DNA of 64,000 nt from Octopus sinensis (lineage: Eukaryota). Location: positions 31,124,001-31,188,000 of the forward strand of contig NC_043002.1 in NCBI RefSeq assembly GCF_006345805.1, written 5' to 3'. The translations under genes were made by a program, and so were the position numbers. Numbering within the stretch: position 1 is the stretch's first letter; every line of letters begins with the position of its first letter. This document shows, one piece after another, positions 54,350 to 64,000 of this stretch. The notes below the pieces were generated by a model that searched no databases, had not been told where the DNA came from, and was given only the letters and a program-made list of their open reading frames with translations.

Positions 54350-56717
54350 ATTCTGGATTGACAGAATATCTACAGAACTGGACCCCTTAGAAGAGCAAAA
54401 GTGGGAGGGTGTCAAGGTAGAAGATATAAGATCTGCTCTCAGGAGGTCAAGCAAATGGAAGTCTCCAGGAAAGGATAAAATTCCTAACTTCTGGCTGAAT
54501 GCCTTCCCAGAGAGCCATGAACTGCTAACAGAACTGTACAATGATGTTTTGCAACACCCTAGTAGGATGCCTCCTTGGCTAGTTAATGGGTTAACATTCC
54601 TGCTTCCAAAAAGTGAAGAAACAAATGAACCAAAAAACTATAGACCCATAACCTGCTTAACAACTATGTACAAAACACTAACATCTGTCCTGACGGAATA
54701 TACCTATATTTTTTAAACAGACAGCAGCATATTCCCTAATGAACAGAAAGGATGTAAACGTGGATCCTACGGCTGTAAAGACCAACTACTCATCAATAAG
54801 ATGATCTTAGAAGATTGTCACAAACGACACAAAAACTTATCAATAGCCTGGATAGACTATAAAAAGGCTTTTGATAGCCTACCACATAGCTGGATTAGGA
54901 ATGCCTTGAAATGTATAAGATAGCACCAACTCTGCGAAACTTCTTGACTGTAAGTATGAGATCATGGAGAACCACACTAACTCTGAACAGTGACAGTGAA
55001 TCCCTAAATGCTGGTGATGTAAAAATTTCGTGTGGCATTTTCCAGGGTGACTCACTGTCACCACTCCTCTTTTGTTTATCCTTAATACCTCTCTCAAAGC
55101 TGCTCAATGACGCGCAGTACGGGTATAAAATGTTTGATAAAAATATAAATCATCTCGTTTACATGGATGATTTAAAGCTTTTTGCAAAAAATGATCAACA
55201 ACTCAAGGGCTTACTAGCGATAGTCAAACAATTCAGTGACGACATCAGAATGCAATTCGGCCTCGATAAATGTGCAAAGGCTACCTTTATCAAAGGAAAA
55301 ATGACAGAAACATCTAACGTTAACCTTGACCAACAGAATGTCATAAAAGAACTAGACCCAGCGGAGAGCTACAAGTACCTAGGGGTAATTGAAGGGAACG
55401 GAATAAGGCATTCAGAGATGAAGGAAAGGATCAGGAGAGAATGCTATCGAAGAGTGAGAGCAATACTCAAGACAGAGCTGAATGCAAGAAACAGGATCGA
55501 AGCAATCAATGCATTAGCTATACCAGTCGTGACTTACAGTTTCAATATTGTTAACTGGTCAATTACTGAAAATGTCAGCTCGACAGAAAAAAAGGAAACT
55601 GTTGACAATGCATAGAATGCACCACCCTAAGGCAGATACAGAACGACTCTATCTGCCAAGAAAAGAGGGAGGCCGTGGTCTTTTGCAACTGGCAATAACA
55701 ATGAAGATTGCTACAATTGGCCTAGACACCTACCTGAAAAACTCTGAGGACTGGATGTTAAAACTTGTCTCAAAACATGAAAACAAGAAAGCATCATACT
55801 CAGTCACAAAACAGGCAAAGGAATATCTAAGTGAATTCCGAATACAACCAATTTCGGAATTAGAGATAGACATACAAGAAACAAGCACGGAAAAAGCTAG
55901 GCGCATGAAAACCAGTGCCAAAACTGCGGCCTTAGATATTCTGAATAATAAATGGCAAGAAAAACCTCTCTATGGCAAATACCCAAAGAGAGCGAATAAT
56001 GCAGATATCGACAAAGCCCTGACCCATCAATGGCTAATGGCCTCTGGCTTAAAATCTGAAACAGAGGGGTTTATCATAGCAGCTCAAGATCAATGCCTAC
56101 CAACAAGAAACTACCAGGCCAACATATTAAAGATCAGAAGCAGTCCAACGTGTCGTGTATGCAAGCAACAAAATGAAACCATTGACCATGTGGTCTCCAA
56201 GTGCAGTCTTCTAGCGCCTACAGAGTATCTCAACAGGCACGATAGAGCTGCACAATATATTCACTGGGTAATCTGTAAAAACCTGGATTTGCCCCATGAA
56301 AAAAACTGGTGGGAACACAAACCACCCCCAGTGCTTGAAAATGACCACATCTCACTCCTCTGGAACTTCACCATTCAAACTGACAGGAAGATAGATGCAA
56401 ATAGGCCAGACATCATATTGAAAGACTTCAAACAAAGAACATGCCTCCTCATTGATATGACTGTCCCAATCGATATAAACGTATCTGTCAGGACCTACCA
56501 AAAACTGAGCAAATATAAAGATCTTGAAATAGAAATCAGGAAAATGTGGAAGCTGAAGACTAAAACAATACCTGTTGTCATAGGTGTCCTGGGAATGATA
56601 GCAAAAGGGGCTGATAGCTACCTAACTCAGATACCAGGAAACCCAAAAATGGCAGAAGTTCAAAAGATAGTGCTCATGGGAACTGCTCATATCCTACGCA
56701 AAATACTCTCTATGTAA
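54350..56717 (+). pseudogene. Frameshifted ORF: reverse transcriptase, CCHC zinc knuckle, restriction-like endonuclease
   Basis: [83 protein letters not shown]-x8-H-x4-C, RHD, RPDIILKD...LIDMTVP..KLSKYKDL. Frameshifts near 54715, 54900 and 55570-55600. Confidence 0.93.
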
Positions 56718-56931
56718 CCTCAAGGTTTAAAACAACCATAATTTTCGGTTTAAAAAAAAAAAAAAAAAAAACTTTTTTTTTAGACATTCATTAGTACAAC
56801 ATCCCCATCCCCCCAAATATATGGCACACTAGGCATAACAACAACATGAAATTCCAACCCTGTTGTCTCTTGAGGTCTCTGGGTGAGACTTGGAGCCAAC
56901 TTGTACAAATATAAAGCAAAAGTCAAACATA

Positions 56932-56932
<1 letters not shown>
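54350..56932 (+). mobile_element. 5'-truncated R4/Dong-type non-LTR retrotransposon (subfamily A) inserted in (TAA)n
   Basis: RT, CCHC and RLE ORF remnants (next feature), ~215-bp 3' UTR ending directly in (AAT)n at 56933, and (AAT)n/(TTA)n at the 5' junction (54215-54350). Confidence 0.93.
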
Positions 56933-57022
<90 letters not shown>

Positions 57023-57065
57023 AAGAAGAAGAAGAAGAAGAAGAAGAAGAAGAAGAAGAAGAAGA

Positions 57066-57435
57066 AAATATAAAGACCTGCTCATTGAAATTGAGAAAAT
57101 GTGGTATCTCAAGGCGGTTACAATACCAGTGATCGTAGGAGCACTAGGAATGATCAAGAAGGGAACCGAAAATTATATGAGAATGATCCCTGGCTTACCA
57201 TCCCTGCAAGAAGTGCAAAAGATTGTCTTAACTGGTACATCACACGTATTGAGAAGAGCATTGTCGCTGTGAGAGCTGTTACTGCCCATGTATTTTAATT
57301 TAACCTTAAAAAAAAAATTAACGAACTATTGAGTTTGGTTTAATGGCCTACCAATGTATAATATGAGTTACTTTGCCCTATGAGTCGGGAAGACGCTCGG
57401 CAAGAAATGGAAGCAAATTTGAAAGAAGAAAAAAC
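57066..57435 (+). mobile_element. Short 3' fragment of R4/Dong-type element, subfamily B
   Basis: KYKDLLIEIEKMWYLKAVTIPVIVGALGMIKKG...GTSHVLRRALSL* plus 3' UTR. Preceded by (GAA)n and followed by (AAT)n. Confidence 0.9.
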
Positions 57436-57729
57436 AATAATAATAATAATAATAATAATGATAATAATAATGATGGTCATGGACTCTCCACTTCAAGATG
57501 ACATACGAATGTTCAGCTTTTACTGAACGATCTGCGCACATGAAGTGATCACAGAGAAACCTGAGATGAACTGCTTTGCTGAAAAACACAACGCAACACC
57601 CGGTCGAGGATGAGTAGAAAGAAAGGGAATAATATGGTGAAATGAAATTAAACTATGTAGAGAATACAAAGTATGTTGATACATAAATGAATTGATCCTC
57701 CTCTTACAAGAGAACATCTAAATAGGGCC

Positions 57730-57990
57730 TATCTACTTAGAATAGGGCCATTAGTCCTTACCATTTTCTCCAAAGTCACCTTCATTTTCACAATTCCCCT
57801 TGTACTCTCATTTTCGTTCCTAAGTAGAACTTTAAAACGTTCATGAGGGATTATTCCAAGAGGAAGATGTCTTCCCACAATCCTTTCAGCCGCGTTCACT
57901 ACACAACTTTCGGGGTAGCCATTAGACAAAGGAATACCACCTGCCCTGCCTTGTTAAGGTGGATAGTGGGGCAATTATGACGATAGACTT
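57730..57990 (-). pseudogene. Possible Penelope-like RT C-terminal remnant
   Basis: VVFL / SNGYPESCVV across a frameshift resembles the VFxxNGYP motif. Little other support. Confidence 0.25.
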
Positions 57991-58152
57991 GCTTATAGTT
58001 TGATTCAGCCTACACGCAACAACAGGAGCTTGAGCTTACTTCAAAGTTAACAATTCTCGGACATTGCTCTAGAACGTGCAGTACATGATAACATTTCCAA
58101 TCAGTTAATATGAAAATACATGAGCGCCACTGCCTGGCACTACACCAGCGCA

Positions 58153-58820
<668 letters not shown>

Positions 58821-59812
58821 TTTTTTTTTCTTCTTTCAAATTTGCTTCCATTTCTTGCCGAGTGTCTTCCCGACTCCTAGGGCAAAGAAACTCATAGTAT
58901 ACATTGGTAGGCCATTAAACCAAACTCAATAGTTCGTTAATTTTTTTTTTTTTTTTTTACTGTTAAATTAAAATACATGAGCAGCAACAGTTCTCACATC
59001 GACAATGCTCTTCTCAATACGTGTGATGTACCAGTTAAGACAATCTTTTTCACTTCTTGCAGGGATGGTAAGCCAGGGATCATTCTCATATAATTTTCGG
59101 TTCCCTTCTTGATCATTCCTAGTGCTCCTACGATCATTGGTATTGTAACCGCCTTGAGATGCCACATTTTCTCAATTTCAATGAGTAGGTCTTTATATTT
59201 TCTGAGTTTGTCAAACTCTTTCGCTGAGATATTATGATCACAGGGGATGCTCATGTCGATCAATAAGCAAACTTTATTGTTTTGGTCTTTCACAACAATA
59301 TCTGGTTTATTGGCCTTGATGGTTCGGTCTGTATGTACTGGAAAGTCCCACAGAATGGTTACATTTTCTCCTTCAGTTACAGCCTCAGGGTGGTGATTAT
59401 ACCACTTGTCGGCAGTTTTGATATTGTAATGCCGACTTATTAGCCAGTGTAGATATTGGCCAACTCTGTCATGTCTTAATTTATACTCCACTGGAGCTAA
59501 GACTTTACATCCAGAGATTAGGTGGTCCACTGTTTCACTCATGTCGTTGCAGAATCTGCATTTTGGGTCTGCTCCATTTTTCATCACATTGGCCTGGTAG
59601 TTCCGGGTTAATAGGCTTTGATCTTGAGCAGCCAGGATGAAACCTTCGCTCTCTGCTTTTAGCCCTGAGCTCCGTAGCCACTGATGGGTTTGCTTCTGGT
59701 CAACATCAGCTTGTTTGCTGCGGGTCACATATTTGCCGTGCAGAGGTTTCTCCTCCCACCTATCAGCCAATTGCTCGTGCGCTTTTTTCGTTGCCATTAT
59801 TTTCACCTTCTT
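58821..59812 (-). mobile_element. ~1-kb 5'-truncated R4/Dong-type element, subfamily B, with intact reading frame over CCHC and RLE (ORF 58994-59806)
   Basis: WEEKPLHGKY, GLKAESEGFILAAQDQ, CRFC-x8-H-x4-C, RHD, KPDIVVKD...LIDMSIP, KYKDL. (TAA)n on both sides. Confidence 0.93.
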
Positions 59813-59838
59813 TATTATTATTATTATTATTATTATTA

Positions 59839-59884
<46 letters not shown>

Positions 59885-61004
59885 GTTATTATTATTTTAT
59901 TTCTGCGATAAGATAATGGGTTACTTAATTATCTTAAGTAACCCAATATGTATTACATTTTAGACGGCAAAAATATGAACAAATAACTGGGCATATACTT
60001 CACGGTTTTGTAAAGTGTAGCATGTCAAATCCTTTTCGCCTTTTGCTACTCGCGTGCCCTGTTAAGTTATTAATGATGAAAACCTCTTTTTACTATTTAA
60101 ATTGTACTATAGCGGCTTATACCACACTAACCTTATTCCACTGAATGGTTTTATAATCACTGAATGGTTTTATTACCATTATTCTCAATACAGATTAACA
60201 TCCGCTCCCAGCCCTTCATTAAACACTTCCCATAATCATTTATTTCTTAGAATTGCAACTCTCTGGAGTTTCGTTCTTGATGTTTCTTTTCTAAAAACAT
60301 CAGCCAACCACATTTTGAGCTGAATATCAACTACGTCGAATACAATTAGTACTGGAAACTGAGAGGACGTTTGAGAGTATTCTAAGTTATATCTGCCCTC
60401 TGTAGAACGTTGTTAGAATATTATATATTTAGTATAGACAGTTGTTTTAGATATCTTTCTTCTGCTTATATATATATATATATATGAAATAAAGAAAAGT
60501 TTCTTCGCTTAACAAATATCTAATGTTATCGAGACTGTTTATAACATCGCGAGGGATTTCAAGCAATTTCTGATGCAAGTTTGGCTTCATTCATACCAGA
60601 TATGCAGTTCCATTGAAATTCATATTCCTTGACTTCCAAGACATCGATTTTAATTATTTTTTCTAATGTTATGATAGAGATATTTTAGTACAAAATCCGT
60701 TGTGTATTATTGGCCAGTAATACTCAACCATCTCATATAAATCTCATTCTCACTCCAACTGACCATCAACTTGCTGAGATTGTGTATATTTCTACAGTTG
60801 GTTCCCTGGACATCTTAACTTTACTGAAGGAATGTATGAAAATATTCAATTTTCATCAGGTAATTTACTATTAAAAATGTTATAGAAGCACGGCTAATCT
60901 CCTGGAGAGCCGATTCCACCAATCCGATCTTTGAATGAAGCTAATTATCTTCATTTCGCACGTTAATAACTTTTTTGTGAGAGCAATGAACATCATACAA
61001 TCTC

Positions 61005-61071
<67 letters not shown>

Positions 61072-61182
61072 CCTCTACCTCTGCCCCTTTCGCTCTCTAA
61101 CACACACACACACACACACATATATGTATGTATATGTGTGTGTATGAGCATACATAAATATATGTATATATATTGTGTGCAT

Positions 61183-61224
<42 letters not shown>

Positions 61225-62390
61225 ATATATAATATATATATATATATACATCTATATACATGTATTTATATCTACATATTTATGTAGATATGTGTGTGTG
61301 AGTTTTTGCATGTGTGTTTATGTGTGTATATTGGCCATGTTCCAAAGTAAGAATTCAATATAATTCCTCTTTGAAATATTCTATTCTGTCTAGAGAACTG
61401 AATTTCTAATCTAATCTTGTAATCCTTTGAGACTTTGATTGAATATTCAGCTTTTAATATGTTTTGCTTCAAGTTTCGTTATCTCTATGGATAAGGTCGT
61501 ATTTTCATTTTACCTTGAAGACATATTTCCCATAGGTATGTTCTCTCCATTCTACTCTCACACTATTCTAATTTCATTATTTCAGTAGTTTTGCGAAAAA
61601 GAGCATCAGTTTCTATTATTCTAACTCTGTATATGTGTTATGATACTGCATGCACCAGACTATATTTAAACAGGTCAAATTGGTGGTCGGAGTTCAGTCA
61701 CGAAAAGAAACAAAAAGGTATGGAGTTGTCTCCCGTACATAGCCAAAATTTTCAAAAATGCAATATATATTTATGTGTTTACTCACACACGCTCTCCTTG
61801 TATCACTCTTGTACATATATATCTATACGCATACATAGTGAAAAACACACATATCAGTATATATCTGCGCATATATACCAACACAGTTGTCTTGTCTGTT
61901 GCTATGTTTTCAAATATAGATTTTAATTCAAAATTTCTTTATTATATAATTTGGTTGAAATTTAGATTCCTCGGGCCATCGACAAGACTATATTTTCGTA
62001 ATCTTAGTCACAACATGAAGGGATTTTTGGTTATGTATGTTTGTCATATAATAGAAGTTAGAAATCATTGGATTCATGATTTAATGTTTAAAACCAGCTA
62101 TCACCCAGCCAATCAGAGAGTTTATTACATGGCATTTTGGACCCATCCACTTTTTGTCTCGTTTTATTGAAATAATATCGATTCATTTCTATCCGCAGAA
62201 ACTTCGCGCGTCAATCCTGCCTAAGTTGGTTGTGCGGTAAGTAGAGTATTGTGTGTTAATTGTAAAGGTACCTTGTGGCATCCCGAGCATTAAACTAATA
62301 CATTTGTTTGTTGTCTACACCACCTGTCTTCATCACCATATACATACATATATCACCATATACATACATATACCACACACACACACACAC

Positions 62391-62437
<47 letters not shown>

Positions 62438-62517
62438 AAATAACAAATGTTATATAATGAGCTTCATTAGCTTATTACATATAATATATATATATAATAT
62501 ATATATATGTATATATA

Positions 62518-62603
<86 letters not shown>

Positions 62604-63214
62604 ATATTTATTGATATTTATATTCGTATATGTATATTGTACGTATGTAATGCAAAACACCCTGCAGATTGCAATAGTCAGTAATATAAAAATAAAATTT
62701 TGAAAGCTGTTCTTTTTCTGTGATCTACTATGAAATGGTTCACGGGCCAATATTGGTCCACGACCAGGGGCTGGGAAAAAGAATGATAGGCTGGTAAGTC
62801 ATGCTGGCATAAACTCAATTTGAACCTTTTTCCTTCATTAGGAAGTTGGTATTTGACTTCCGTAGATAATTGTCGACATCTATCAATTCCTTTAGCGTTT
62901 CCGTTACCAATAATATCTTGTTCTTCACTTCACTTTCATTTTACGTCGAATTTACGTATAAAGATGATCCTCCTTTATGGTTATCTATGACCACAGAGCT
63001 TCCGTTTAAAGTGAAGATAACTTTTACGTGTTCTGCGAGCGGTGTATCATTTTTGTAAATATTTCCTATTAACCCAGAATATTAGTTATTTCGTCACCAC
63101 AATACTAGATGCAAATCACAGGTATCTGGTAATAGAGGATGCAGTTTGTGTTACATCAAATTCCCTGTATTGTGGCATTTGTTTTACTGCTTTTTCTTAA
63201 ACACACACACACAC

Positions 63215-63323
<109 letters not shown>

Positions 63324-63665
63324 TACGGAGATGTACTTGCATAGCGAGTGACTTGATCTGAGATCATGTGCTGGAACGAAAACAATTGCAGCGTGGAAGG
63401 TGTGTATAAGGCATTTAAGAAACACACAAAACCGTTAGATTCACTTCAACATTTAAATTTAATTTGTCAAAATATTTTCGTCGCTTTGAGCCTGCGACCT
63501 GTTCACTGACAAAACAGATGCAGCACGAAGTTTTGTCAGTGAACAGGTCGCGGTCTCAAAGCGACGAAAATATTTTGACAAATTAAATTTAAATGTTGAA
63601 GTGAATCTAACGATTTTGTGTGTTTCTTAAATGCCTTATAAACACCTTCCACACTGCAATTGTTT
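63324..63665. mobile_element. Fold-back element with 136-bp arms (63380-63515 / 63530-63665, 5 mismatches, 14-nt loop), each with a variant hammerhead-like motif; left arm extends to (TA)n at 63324
   Basis: Arms aligned base by base by eye. The motif TTTGTCA-GTGAACA-G-GTCGC(n9)GCGAC-GAA-AATATT-T-TGACAAA occurs at 63532-63582 (+) and 63513-63463 (-). Confidence 0.85.
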
Positions 63666-63929
63666 ATATATATATATGCATACATATATTAGTATTACTA
63701 TTTTATTTGTCGTGAAATTATTTATATTATGGGGTACTGTATGATGTCCGAGATGGGTAATTTGTGCCATTGCTTTGAGAGAGACAGCGGGGAAAGGTAA
63801 AGAGAGAGTGGCTCTGCGTATATGTATATGTGTGTGTGTGGGATAGAGAGAGAGAGCGGGTGAGAAGGTGGGAGATTGTCTGGATATGAGAGAAAAAGGG
63901 GATCAGAGAGTCTGCGTGTGTGTGTGTGC

Positions 63930-63962
<33 letters not shown>

Positions 63963-64000
63963 GGAGAGAGAGAGAAATAAAAGGGGAAATGTGCTGTAAA

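Noticed and set aside
62707-62750. SFSVIYYEMVHG similarity to protein kinase subdomain IX
   Set aside because: Lacks the invariant upstream D and the conserved G. No other kinase subdomains are present.

Overview
Eukaryotic, very AT-rich, microsatellite-saturated genomic DNA. The mix of tRNA-derived SINEs, (TA)n/(TAA)n/(CATA)n runs and retroelement debris suggests an Octopus-like cephalopod (inference only). I found no recognisable host protein-coding gene, tRNA or rRNA, and nearly all ORF-track entries are translations of simple repeats, so the window is probably intronic or intergenic. Identifiable content: (i) a 2.6-kb 5'-truncated R4/Dong-type non-LTR retrotransposon (RT + CCHC + restriction-like endonuclease) at 54.35-56.93 kb, two more copies of a sister subfamily beside it, all bounded at their 3' ends by (TAA)n, an older copy at 9.8-10.5 kb, and a divergent relative bounded by (CATA)n at 41-42 kb; (ii) remnants of CRE-like, RTE, Penelope (RT and GIY-YIG) and Tc1/mariner elements; (iii) at least four SINE families. 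The most interesting signal is a set of mutually unrelated fold-back (inverted-repeat) elements. Five of them carry minimal hammerhead-ribozyme cores of the Penelope type, and in four the core lies at or near the apex. One core has a swapped G3:C8 pair in perfect register, and another shows compensatory stem II changes between its two arms. A sixth fold-back contains a Penelope endonuclease C-terminus. All structures were folded by eye and none is experimentally validated.
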